Shown piece after piece: positions 1-8,404 of a stretch of 43,964 bases of DNA. Source of the stretch: a virus (taxonomy: Duplodnaviria; Heunggongvirae; Uroviricota; Caudoviricetes). Below the pieces are notes generated by a model. That model made no database searches. It was given only the letters and a program-made list of their open reading frames with translations, and was not told the origin of the DNA. The stretch lies in the IMG/VR virus record IMGVR_UViG_3300025861_000004; one strand, 5' to 3'. The number at the start of each line of letters is the position of its first letter. The stretch's first letter is position 1. The position numbers and the translations under genes are program-made.

Positions 1-299
1 TCGCGGGCATCTCGATCGCTGAGGCCGCCAACCGAGTTGGTGTGAGCGACGGACTTGTGGCCCAGTGGGTCAAGGACGCGGGCGTCGAGTCCCCCAAGCA
101 GCGTGCGCGTCGCCTGCGGCCTGAGGGCGAGAAGATGCTCATGGCGGGGAAGGCTCCGTCGGAGGTGTCCGCGGCCTTGGGTCTCGCCATTCAGACGACC
201 TCTAGCTGGAAGGTGCGGCTCGTCGCTACGGGTCGGATCGCCAACACTCCGCAGAAGCGGTACCGTCGGTCGCTGGAGGGTTCACGTGCCGCCGCGTAG
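1..299 (+). CDS. 5'-truncated tandem helix-turn-helix DNA-binding protein
   Basis: Frame is open from the window edge; GISIAEAANRVGVSDGLVAQW and APSEVSAALGLAIQTTSSW both look like HTH motifs. Confidence 0.55.
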   Translation, partial: AGISIAEAANRVGVSDGLVAQWVKDAGVESPKQRARRLRPEGEKMLMAGKAPSEVSAALGLAIQTTSSWKVRLVATGRIANTPQKRYRRSLEGSRAAA

Positions 300-306
300 C
301 GGGTAT

Positions 307-765
307 GTGCAGCGGGGAGTTTCGCTGGCCCTCCTGTCGTTTCCCTACTTCTCGATCTCCTACCTCGCCCGCGTGACCTTTGGGGTCGATCAGGACGGGG
401 CGATGCTCTTCCTGTTCGCCTACATGGCGATCGTTGGTGTCGAGAACATCATGCTGATGCGCATTAGTCGCGTGAGTCCCCCCACGTGGTACCTCGTGAC
501 CATTCTCACCCTGGACTTCCTGTTCGGGGTCTGGGGGTCGTCCGTCACCCCACGGTTGGGCCTGACCCTGCTGGCGGTCTCGTGCATCATCCTGCGTGTG
601 GCCTCCTTGATGATGGGGGTTCGGGCGATCATCGAGCGTCGCTGGGTCATTCCGTTTGCTCTGGCGTCCAAGGACCCAGAGCTCACGCGTATTGGGGCGC
701 GGCGCAAGCGATTCTACGAGGACGCCGACCAGAAACTCGTCGAGATGGGGTGGATTCGAGACTAG
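307..765 (+). CDS. Hypothetical membrane protein
   Basis: About 4 hydrophobic segments; GTG at 307 follows the upstream TAG; start uncertain. Confidence 0.55.
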   Translation: MQRGVSLALLSFPYFSISYLARVTFGVDQDGAMLFLFAYMAIVGVENIMLMRISRVSPPTWYLVTILTLDFLFGVWGSSVTPRLGLTLLAVSCIILRVASLMMGVRAIIERRWVIPFALASKDPELTRIGARRKRFYEDADQKLVEMGWIRD

Positions 766-766
766 C

Positions 767-773
767 TCAGCTC
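767..773 (+). promoter_or_regulatory. TCAGCTC promoter-like motif
   Basis: ATG 805 is 32 nt after the last motif base. Confidence 0.65.
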
Positions 774-804
774 CACCTCACGACGTGGGGTGAGGTACGA
801 CCCC

Positions 805-1347
805 ATGATCCGTATCGTGAGACGCGCCACGCGCGTCGCCGCCCTCCTCACCTACATGACCATGAACATGGTGTTCGTCCTCTCGACCACCTACGTGGTC
901 CGTCCAGATCCGGGCGCGACGAGTACGTCCACCCTGATGGTCCTGCTCTTCCTGGTTCTCGTGCTGGGACTGACCAGCCTCGACGTGCGTGTGACGCACG
1001 ACCTAGGTTTTCGGGAGCCCGGTTGGGTTCTCGTCCCGCGGTTTGCCCTGATGACTGCCGCGGTCCTAGCGAGCGACCAAATCCACCCCACCCCCACCTT
1101 GCGAGCCGTCGCCCTGACCGTCGTGGCGCTGGCCGTCGCCCGTGGTGTGTTCCAGGTGGCCGTCATGCTGAACCGAAGGGTCGTTGAGGTCGACTCTCCA
1201 GAGGTCACGCAGGACGACGACCTGGAGGTCATCGAGCTCCCCCCGGTCCTGGTGTCCTGCCTCCTAGCCTTAGACCCCTTCGTCGACGCGTACTGTGCGG
1301 GTCTCGCCTTCCTGTTCGGCGACCCAGAGGAAGTCACCACCCCCTAA
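805..1347 (+). CDS. Hypothetical membrane protein
   Basis: Several TM-like segments; start chosen from motif spacing. Confidence 0.6.
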   Translation: MIRIVRRATRVAALLTYMTMNMVFVLSTTYVVRPDPGATSTSTLMVLLFLVLVLGLTSLDVRVTHDLGFREPGWVLVPRFALMTAAVLASDQIHPTPTLRAVALTVVALAVARGVFQVAVMLNRRVVEVDSPEVTQDDDLEVIELPPVLVSCLLALDPFVDAYCAGLAFLFGDPEEVTTP

Positions 1348-1378
1348 GAAACCTCTGCGGTATCCTGTAGTTACTACT

Positions 1379-1385
1379 ACAGCTC
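1379..1385 (+). promoter_or_regulatory. ACAGCTC variant of the promoter-like motif
   Basis: 44 nt before ATG 1429, which has a GGAGG SD. Confidence 0.5.
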
Positions 1386-1428
1386 CAGAACCACTGCACA
1401 GACGGTGCGTAGTAGCTGGAGGATACAG

Positions 1429-2109
1429 ATGGCGGAGAAGCGTCAAAGTCTGGGCCAGAGCCTGATGGGCTTGTTCGTGCAGCGGCCTGCGGTAGAGACT
1501 TCCCCTGCGACCAAGACTTCCCCTGCGGCCGAGACACCGACCGTGCTCGCGGAGGCCACACCTCCGGTGGAGACCCCTACGGTCGACCTCAAGGAGCCCA
1601 TCCAGCCCGCGGAGCTCGACTTTCCGAGCGTCCTGCGACGGCAGGGTGTGAACGAGGAGGACCAGGCTGCCGTCGATAAGACGCTCGCGCTCCTGCACAA
1701 GCTGCCCGCCGATACTCCGGTAGAGGTGCGGCGCTCGATCGTCAGCGCGGCGCTCAGCACCTTCGGGACACCGGTCGACCGGATCATCGAGGCCGCGCTC
1801 CTGCACGAGGCCGCACTCGACCGTCACGTGCAGCTCGCGGCGGAGGAGACGGCCGCCGCGACCTCCCGGGTTCGCCAGGTCCTTGACGACCTGGACAAGC
1901 AGGTGCAGGCGGCCCGTCAGCGCGAGGCGGACCTGCGCACCAAGCAGCAGGGCATCGTGAAGGCGTGCGCGGACCTGCGGGCCCGCGTGGGCGAGGTGGT
2001 GACCTTCTTCGGTCCTACCGAGACCGCCAGGGTCCGTGAGTCCTCGGCCAGGCTGCGCGACGTCGTCAAGGTGGACACGGAAGCTCCAGCGACACGGAGG
2101 CCGTCGTGA
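1429..2109 (+). CDS. Hypothetical coiled-coil protein
   Basis: GGAGG SD, high GC3, helical C-terminus; GTGA overlap with the transporter gene. Confidence 0.75.
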   Translation: MAEKRQSLGQSLMGLFVQRPAVETSPATKTSPAAETPTVLAEATPPVETPTVDLKEPIQPAELDFPSVLRRQGVNEEDQAAVDKTLALLHKLPADTPVEVRRSIVSAALSTFGTPVDRIIEAALLHEAALDRHVQLAAEETAAATSRVRQVLDDLDKQVQAARQREADLRTKQQGIVKACADLRARVGEVVTFFGPTETARVRESSARLRDVVKVDTEAPATRRPS

Positions 2110-3452
2110 GCTATCAAAACGCGCGACACCCCCGAGGGCTCTACGTCCTATCCGCCGCTGAGATGTGCGAGAGGTTCGGCTTCTACCTGATGGCCGCCCT
2201 GTTCGTCCTCTACATGAACGAGAAGCTCGGCTGGTCCGAGTCGTACGCGCTGTCCGCCAACGGCTGGTACAAGTTCTTCGCCTACTTCACCCCGATCTTC
2301 GGCGGGATCCTGGCCGACAGGAAGATCGGGTACCGGCGCGCGGTCCTCCTGGGGACGGCGCTGCTGGGGGCGGGCTACTTCCTCGTGAGCCTTCCCCACA
2401 TGCTGTTCGTCGCGATGGCCCTGCTCGTCGTCGGGAACGGGCTGTTCAAGCCCAACATCTCGACGATGGTCGGGAACCTCTACCCTCGCGACGACCCGCG
2501 CCGCGACGACGCGTTCAGCATCTTCTACATGGGTATCAACATCGGAGCGGGGGTGTCCCCCCTGGTCGGGGAGGCGCTCCGCAATACCCTCGGGTGGACG
2601 GCCGCCTTCATGGCCTCAGGCGTCGCGATGGTGTGCTCGCACATCATCCTGCGCGTGTACGGCGCGCACATCCGGGTCACGGAAGAGCGCTCTAGCGTCG
2701 CTGCGGTGCTCGACGTACCGCTCGGACCAGACTACGAGGACAAGCCCGACCCTCCCGAGGAGGAGCGCAAGCGCATCATCGCGCTGCTCATCATGTGCGG
2801 GATCGTCCTGATCTTCTGGCTGTCGTTCCAGCAGAACGACGGGACCATGCCCCTGTGGGCGCGAGACAACACCGACCGCGTGATCCCCATGCTGGACTTC
2901 CGGGAGCTCTGGGTCCACCACCAGTTCCGGCTCAGGCCGTGGGAGATTCCGCCCGGGGTGTTCAACGCGGCCAACCCGACGTTCATCGTCCTGCTCACCC
3001 CTCCGATCGTGCTCGTGCTGCGCTGGCTTCGTCGGGTCGGCGTGGTCGTGTCGACTCCGACCAAGATCGGCCTCGGGATGTTCCTCACAGCGGTCTCGTA
3101 CGTCATCATGGCCCTCGCGGCGTTGTGGGGGGGCAACACGGGCAGGGTGTCGCTGTGGTGGCTCCTGGCCAACTACCTCGTCATCACGATCGCCGAGATC
3201 TTCCTGTCCCCCATGGGACTGTCGATGGTGACCAAGCTCGCTCCGCGTCGCATGACCGCCATGCTCATGGGGGTGTGGCTCCTGTCGACCGCTATCGGTA
3301 GCTGGCTCGCGGGAAAGACGGGGGCCTGGTTCTGGAAGCGGTGGCTCCACTCCGACTTCTTCCTCATGCTGGTGGGGGCCTCACTCTTGGCGTTCGTCTT
3401 CCTGATCACCCAGCACCGTCGTCTGAAGTCCGCCATCCCTGTGGAGTCCTAG
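2106..3452 (+). CDS. POT/PTR-family proton-dependent oligopeptide MFS transporter
   Basis: EMCERFGFY (ExxERFxYY-like), GNGLFKPNISTMVGNLY, FSIFYMGINIG, AEIFLSPMGLS motifs; about 12 TM segments. Confidence 0.93.
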   Translation: MSYQNARHPRGLYVLSAAEMCERFGFYLMAALFVLYMNEKLGWSESYALSANGWYKFFAYFTPIFGGILADRKIGYRRAVLLGTALLGAGYFLVSLPHMLFVAMALLVVGNGLFKPNISTMVGNLYPRDDPRRDDAFSIFYMGINIGAGVSPLVGEALRNTLGWTAAFMASGVAMVCSHIILRVYGAHIRVTEERSSVAAVLDVPLGPDYEDKPDPPEEERKRIIALLIMCGIVLIFWLSFQQNDGTMPLWARDNTDRVIPMLDFRELWVHHQFRLRPWEIPPGVFNAANPTFIVLLTPPIVLVLRWLRRVGVVVSTPTKIGLGMFLTAVSYVIMALAALWGGNTGRVSLWWLLANYLVITIAEIFLSPMGLSMVTKLAPRRMTAMLMGVWLLSTAIGSWLAGKTGAWFWKRWLHSDFFLMLVGASLLAFVFLITQHRRLKSAIPVES

Positions 3453-3511
3453 ATCGGACCGGACGAGATCCCGCGGAAACCGTCCGGCCTTGATCGCGCT
3501 ACTCCTGGTGC

Positions 3512-3916
3512 ATGGCCAACCTCGCCGCCCTCGCTATCCTCAACCGCATCAACGCCGGCCTCAACGCCAGCCTCACCGGAGGAGCCGTCTCGAAGCCGAA
3601 CGGTATCCGCTACGCCACTTATCGGGGTACGCGCCCGGGACCCGTGCGCCCCGAAGGCGCGTCGGTCAGCGTCGCGATCGAGAGCACCTCTGTCACCTTG
3701 CTAGTGGGTGGGGTCCAGGTGCAGGTCGAGAAGACCACCCTCACCGCGGCCCTGTTCCGGTCGCTCGCCCAGGTCGGCTCGACTCCCGCCGGCCCGCTGA
3801 CGATCGCGCGCGGCGCGCGGGGCCCCCTCTCGCTGCTGGTATCAAGCCCGCGTCGCGCGCGCGTCTGGCTCCCTCAGGCAGCGGTCGCCAACCTGGCGAA
3901 CCTGCTCTCCACCTAG
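3512..3916 (+). CDS. Hypothetical protein
   Basis: 134-aa ORF with high GC3 that fills the gap. Confidence 0.6.
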   Translation: MANLAALAILNRINAGLNASLTGGAVSKPNGIRYATYRGTRPGPVRPEGASVSVAIESTSVTLLVGGVQVQVEKTTLTAALFRSLAQVGSTPAGPLTIARGARGPLSLLVSSPRRARVWLPQAAVANLANLLST

Positions 3917-3923
3917 TCAGCTC
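3917..3923 (+). promoter_or_regulatory. TCAGCTC promoter-like motif
   Basis: ATG 3954 at +31. Confidence 0.7.
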
Positions 3924-3953
3924 GAGGACGGTGCGAACTTCATCCCATCCAGG

Positions 3954-4157
3954 ATGAAGAAGTTCACCATAAACCTCTCTGACGCCGAGGCGTCTAAGCT
4001 CGACCTCCTGGGCGCGGAGTTCGGCCCCACATGGGCCGCGGTCCTACGCAGGGCGATCAACCTGTTGCTGCTCTACGTCGAGGTGCGGGAGAAGAAGCAG
4101 AACCTCTGCGTCGTCGACGAGTCTGGCAAGATCGTCGAGCGGGTAAGGATCCTCTGA
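3954..4157 (+). CDS. CopG/ribbon-helix-helix DNA-binding protein
   Basis: N-terminal beta strand KKFTINL followed by two helices (WAAVLRRAINLL). Confidence 0.65.
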   Translation: MKKFTINLSDAEASKLDLLGAEFGPTWAAVLRRAINLLLLYVEVREKKQNLCVVDESGKIVERVRIL

Positions 4158-4837
4158 TGACCATCCAAGTGATCGGAGCGCACTTCAGCCACAAGGGAAA
4201 GGTCCGGGCGAACCAGGAGGACTGGGCCGGGGCACAGGGCGACGTGTTCGTCGTCTGCGACGGGATGGGGGGGCACGAGGGTGGCGAGGTTGCCTCGCGG
4301 GCCTGCGTGGACGCCATCCTGACGGGTCCTCGTGACCCTGTTGCGGCCTTCCGCGCCGCGCAGCAGGCGGTGCGAGACAGCGCCTCGGCGCTCAACCTCC
4401 CCGACGCGGGGACGACCTGCGTGGCGCTCATCGGGGACCGCATCTTGCACGTGGGGGACTCGCGGGTCTACCTGCTGCGCGCGGGCCAGCTGACCCAGTT
4501 GACTCGCGACCACACCGTCGCCCAGGACCTCATCGACAGTGGTCGATACACCTTCGATGAGGTGCGAAACCACCGGGTGTGGCACATCCTCACGCACTGC
4601 GTGGGGTACATGGACTGCGACCCGGACGTCATCCCGCTGGATCTACAGGAAGGCGACCGACTGCTACTCTGCACGGACGGGCTCTCGGACGAGGTGGAGG
4701 CTGGTGACATCGCCGCGGTCCTCTCCGGTGACGAGGAACCGCTGTGGATGGCGCAGAAGCTCGTGGCGCTCGCCATGGAGGGCGAGGCCCCCGACAACAT
4801 CACCGCGCTCGTCGTGCAGGCGCGCTCCGTCAACTGA
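4157..4837 (+). CDS. PP2C/PPM-family Ser/Thr protein phosphatase
   Basis: RANQED, VCDGMGGHEGGEVAS, HVGDSRVY, LCTDGL, DNIT motifs; TGATG coupling. Confidence 0.92.
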   Translation: MTIQVIGAHFSHKGKVRANQEDWAGAQGDVFVVCDGMGGHEGGEVASRACVDAILTGPRDPVAAFRAAQQAVRDSASALNLPDAGTTCVALIGDRILHVGDSRVYLLRAGQLTQLTRDHTVAQDLIDSGRYTFDEVRNHRVWHILTHCVGYMDCDPDVIPLDLQEGDRLLLCTDGLSDEVEAGDIAAVLSGDEEPLWMAQKLVALAMEGEAPDNITALVVQARSVN

Positions 4838-4856
4838 CCCCTAGCGGGCCTGTGGG

Positions 4857-5267
4857 TTACGACGTCGAATCCCGTCGTACCTTGAGGCCCTGCTGCCTTC
4901 GGATGTTCGGGAACCAGGTGGAGTTCACGAAGCTCGCCACGTCGCGCTGCGCGCGGGGTTTGAAGACGACCTTTCCGTTCTCCACCCACAGCGACTCGAC
5001 GCGGCAGCCCGTCCCGTCCAGTCGGTACATGCAGGGAAATACCTCCCCGCTTGGTGCAACGTAGAAGTGGACCTCGGGGTCCATCATCACGTCACCGTTC
5101 TGCTCGTACTGGTGCGATACCGAGTAGAGCCGGTCACCAAGTTGCGCCACGTGGACCGCCATGTAGGTGCCGGCCGCGTTGTCGACCTTGCGGCGCAGCA
5201 CGAGCCCCTGGATGAGGGTGTCGAACAGGGCCTTGGACGTCTGAGTGAGGGGGCGGGGGCGGGCCAT
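4857..5267 (-). CDS. Hypothetical protein resembling the DUF6908/DUF1249 family
   Basis: SHQYEQNGDVMMDPE motif recalled from that family; AGGAG SD. Confidence 0.55.
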   Translation of the reverse strand: MARPRPLTQTSKALFDTLIQGLVLRRKVDNAAGTYMAVHVAQLGDRLYSVSHQYEQNGDVMMDPEVHFYVAPSGEVFPCMYRLDGTGCRVESLWVENGKVVFKPRAQRDVASFVNSTWFPNIRRQQGLKVRRDSTS

Positions 5268-5307
5268 GGGGTTCTCCTTGTGGTTATCAGTCGAAGGTGG
5301 ACATCAT

Positions 5308-5331
5308 TTCAGAGCTGACGTCAGCTCTGAA
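5308..5331. promoter_or_regulatory. Perfect 24-bp palindrome made of two back-to-back TCAGCTC motifs (5312-5318 minus, 5321-5327 plus)
   Basis: TTCAGAGCTGACGTCAGCTCTGAA lies between divergent genes; starts at 5267 (45 nt, SD) and 5359 (32 nt). Confidence 0.8.
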
Positions 5332-5358
5332 TCACCGAGAACCCTCGAAGGCTCCGCC

Positions 5359-7377
5359 ATGAGCACAACAACCTTGGACGACCTCCTCAACGAGGCCCTG
5401 CCCCTGTGGGGGGACGTGGCGGGGCTCATCCAGCAGGATGGGCCCGTCAAGCACTACACGGTGAGCTCCTGGGAGGCGGAGAAGCACGCCAAGGACCTGT
5501 CGGAGAGTCGCTTGGATGACCCGTCAGGGCGCACCACGTTGCTGCTCCTGCGGGGGCTGGTGTCCCACTACCTCCAGTGGAGCAAGTTGTCGGTCTGGGA
5601 CCTAGTAAAGAACTACGACGCGATGTCGCCGGTCATCGAGCGGGGGCGCAAGCTCCTCGCGCTCATCGACCATCCGGTCGCGGCGGCGGAGGTGGCGGCG
5701 GCGCGAGCGGAGGTGGCGGCGGCGTGCGACCACTACGAGCTCACCCCTGGCCAGCGCGAGAAGGTCCTCGCGTTCGACGACTACGCGCTCGGGCTGCTCT
5801 CCTACCACGCGAGTCGGTCGATGCGTCGTCTGTCCCGCCACGACTTCGCGCAGGCGGAGCCCTCCGCGGAGCGGCCCGGCTACAATCGCCAGGTCTACGA
5901 GTTCTGGAACATCGCCTCAGTCGTGTGCGCGCTCGCCGAGCAGCGGGTGTCGGGCGTGACGCTCGTGATGTTCCGCGACCCCGAGGGCACGTTCCGCAGC
6001 TACTTCGCGCTCGCGGTTCGCCACGGGGGGACCATCACGCTCTTCACCGACCGACCGAACCACCCGCACCCGGACTTCGCCAGCATGACGCGCCGGCCGG
6101 ACCGCGACCTTGAGCGGCGTGCCGAGCAGCACTGGTTCCCCTACGACCTGCTCGGACTCGTCAAGCGCGAGGACCCAGGCAGTGTGTCGGGAGCCGCCCG
6201 GTTGTTCGAGGGCCCGCAGACCCAGGTCGCGCGCGTCAACACGGTCGGGGTGCCGATCCGTGAGGTGCGCGACCTCCAGCCGGAGCAGTTCCTGTGGCTC
6301 ATCCACGTCTTTCGTCACATCGTGGACAAGTGCCTCGCGGGCGAGCGGACGGAAAGTATCTCCTACACGGCCAACATGATCCGCGCCCCGCTGGAGCTCG
6401 CCGAGCGGTCGGCCGCCCTCATGGTGCCGGGGGCCTACGAGCCGCTTGCGCTCGCCCCGCTCACTAAGGCCGACCTCGCGCCCGAGGCGCTCGCCCCTCA
6501 GTGGGAGCGCCCGTCGACGGGGTTCAACCGCTGGATGGTGGACCGCTACGGGGCCGAGGTGCCCGACGTGGTGTTCAACGTGGTGAGCGTGGGAGAGGCG
6601 GATCAACTCCTGCCAGCCATGGAGGAGCAGGGTCTGCTACAGCGCACGACCGACCCTTGGGGGAAGGTCGCCCCGAACCCCCTCCGAACCCTCGGGGCGA
6701 ACGACTTTGGGACCGCCGCGTCCCTCGACCGCGACCGCAGGTGGTGCGCGCGTGTGAACCAGTGTCGCGTCATCCAGCGGCTCGCCGTGCGGGAGTTCCA
6801 GCAGGACAAGGAGGTGACCCTGGACTGGTACCGGCGGGCCCTCGTGAAGAATCGAGATCGCCTTGTGCAGGCGGTCGCGGAAGGGGCCCTCGTGCTCCCT
6901 TCCGTTCGCTTCGAGGGCTGCTCAGACGACCCGCAGGCCGCCAACCGGAACACGGTAAAAGTCGGGACGGGCAGGACCTACGGGGATGCCTTCCCTGGTA
7001 GCTACGGGTTTATGGGCGAGGGGAAGCTGTCCGTGTGGTCACGGTCAGACGGTGGCCGGTACCTGTGCGCGGATCGACAGGTCGTGGCGAGCGTCTTTGG
7101 GACTCTCTCGCCTACCTGCCCGGAGGCGCTCGCCGCCCTCTGTGGGGTGGAGGTCCGCGACCTCCCCTGGGGGCTTCAGCACTGGTACAAGGGAGCCCCC
7201 TACTACGGCAACAGCATCCTGGACCGTCTCGACCCTGAGGACTGGGTGCTCAGTAATCCCTGGCTCAAGCTCGACCTGCGCGTCATGGTCGCCCTCTCGC
7301 GCACGGCCTACAAGGAGCGGCGCAAGCGCGTCGGGCTCGACCCCCTCGGGGTGCTCGCTGAGCCGAGGAAGAGCTAG
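5359..7377 (+). CDS. Large hypothetical protein (672 aa)
   Basis: Long ORF with high GC3; start from motif spacing; no family recognised. Confidence 0.8.
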   Translation: MSTTTLDDLLNEALPLWGDVAGLIQQDGPVKHYTVSSWEAEKHAKDLSESRLDDPSGRTTLLLLRGLVSHYLQWSKLSVWDLVKNYDAMSPVIERGRKLLALIDHPVAAAEVAAARAEVAAACDHYELTPGQREKVLAFDDYALGLLSYHASRSMRRLSRHDFAQAEPSAERPGYNRQVYEFWNIASVVCALAEQRVSGVTLVMFRDPEGTFRSYFALAVRHGGTITLFTDRPNHPHPDFASMTRRPDRDLERRAEQHWFPYDLLGLVKREDPGSVSGAARLFEGPQTQVARVNTVGVPIREVRDLQPEQFLWLIHVFRHIVDKCLAGERTESISYTANMIRAPLELAERSAALMVPGAYEPLALAPLTKADLAPEALAPQWERPSTGFNRWMVDRYGAEVPDVVFNVVSVGEADQLLPAMEEQGLLQRTTDPWGKVAPNPLRTLGANDFGTAASLDRDRRWCARVNQCRVIQRLAVREFQQDKEVTLDWYRRALVKNRDRLVQAVAEGALVLPSVRFEGCSDDPQAANRNTVKVGTGRTYGDAFPGSYGFMGEGKLSVWSRSDGGRYLCADRQVVASVFGTLSPTCPEALAALCGVEVRDLPWGLQHWYKGAPYYGNSILDRLDPEDWVLSNPWLKLDLRVMVALSRTAYKERRKRVGLDPLGVLAEPRKS

Positions 7378-8031
7378 ACCCAGGGTAGCGAGCACGGGCG
7401 CGCACGCCTGCGTTCCCGCGCAGCGCGCGGCCGTCTCGGCCAGGGAGGTCGATCCAGGTTCCCGCTCGTACCTGTAGACGGCGTCGAGGTCGGTGAAGGC
7501 CCGATCGAGGTCGTCGTTCACCACGCGGTAGCGGTAGCTCGTGTGGTGTCGGAGCTCCTCGGGGGCCTTAGCGAGACGACGCGCGATGACCAGGTCGGAG
7601 TCGGTGCCTCGTGACCGGAGGCGCTGCTCCAGGACCTGCATCGAGGGGGGCAGCACGTAGACGAGGAGCGTCTCGTTTGGAAACCGGTCTCGCAGCTTTC
7701 CTGCGCCCTGGTTGTCGACCTCCAGGACGACGTCGCGCCCCGCCTTGACGGCCGCTGCCAGGGGCTGAACGGCGGTCCCGTAGCGGTGCCCGTGCACGAC
7801 GCACCACTCCGCGAAGGCGTCCTGCGCGACCATCACGTCAAAGTCGTCCTCACTGACGAAGTGGTAGTCGACTCCGTCACGCTCTCCGCGCCGTGGCCGG
7901 CGCGTCGTGTGCGATACGGAGAACAGGAGGTCCTCGTGCGCACCAAGCAGCCGGCGCGCGAGTGTGGTCTTCCCGCCCCCCGACGGAGACGATAGGACCA
8001 GCAGCATCCCGCGTCGCGTCATCCCGCGCAT
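7045..8031 (-). CDS. gmk: Guanylate kinase (domain ends near 7380; ORF runs on antisense to 7045)
   Basis: SSPSGGGKTT P-loop, SVSHTTRRPRRGERDGVDYHFV, YGT, LEVDNQG, PPSMQVLEQRLRSRGTD. Confidence 0.93.
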   Translation of the reverse strand: MRGMTRRGMLLVLSSPSGGGKTTLARRLLGAHEDLLFSVSHTTRRPRRGERDGVDYHFVSEDDFDVMVAQDAFAEWCVVHGHRYGTAVQPLAAAVKAGRDVVLEVDNQGAGKLRDRFPNETLLVYVLPPSMQVLEQRLRSRGTDSDLVIARRLAKAPEELRHHTSYRYRVVNDDLDRAFTDLDAVYRYEREPGSTSLAETAARCAGTQACAPVLATLGLALPRLSEHPEGVEPDALAPLLVGRAREGDHDAQVELEPGITEHPVLRVETVQDAVAVVGGSLVPVLKPPGEVADLHPTEGGERLRAGRRESPKDARHDLSIRAQVPATV

Positions 8032-8037
8032 ACTACC

Positions 8038-8044
8038 TCAGCTC
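8038..8044 (+). promoter_or_regulatory. TCAGCTC promoter-like motif
   Basis: ATG 8075 at +31; -10 slot reads TCGTA. Confidence 0.7.
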
Positions 8045-8074
8045 TGATTGTGGGTGGAGGTTCGTAAGGAGGGT

Positions 8075-8365
8075 ATGCGTTTTGAGATCCGCGTCTTCGT
8101 CGACCACCTGGACGTCATCCACGTGGCCGCAAACCCCTCCGAGTTTCTCCAGACGATGTGCAAGGAAATCACCAGGGCAAACTACCCCCTGGAGTCGACC
8201 TTCCACGTCCAGGGGAGTCTGTACATATCGACCTGGACGTTCCCCGGAAAGTCTTGGGACCAGGCCCTCGCGCGGGTCGTGAATGCCCTTCGGCACCACG
8301 GGATGGACCTCGTGGTCGTCGACGGCACGACGGCCCCGCTACTTCAGCAGCCGGGAGACGCCTAG
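8075..8365 (+). CDS. Hypothetical protein
   Basis: High GC3 ORF with start at the motif spacing. Confidence 0.7.
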   Translation: MRFEIRVFVDHLDVIHVAANPSEFLQTMCKEITRANYPLESTFHVQGSLYISTWTFPGKSWDQALARVVNALRHHGMDLVVVDGTTAPLLQQPGDA

Positions 8366-8367
8366 TC

Positions 8368-8374
8368 TCAGCTC
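8368..8374 (+). promoter_or_regulatory. TCAGCTC promoter-like motif
   Basis: ATG 8405 at +31. Confidence 0.7.
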
Positions 8375-8404
8375 CGGACGTGCGGGTCCGGGTACATGGT
8401 GACT

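Noticed and set aside
1497-1528. Short coding tandem repeats (also about 10999-11022)
   Set aside because: They encode low-complexity Pro/Thr linkers; ordinary slippage
2616-3350. Long antisense or alternative-frame ORFs (also 11581-12582, 14770-15657, 26224-27228, 34766-35704 and many others in the track)
   Set aside because: Shadow ORFs of real high-GC3 genes with no recognisable motifs, unlike the nested DUF559 ORF
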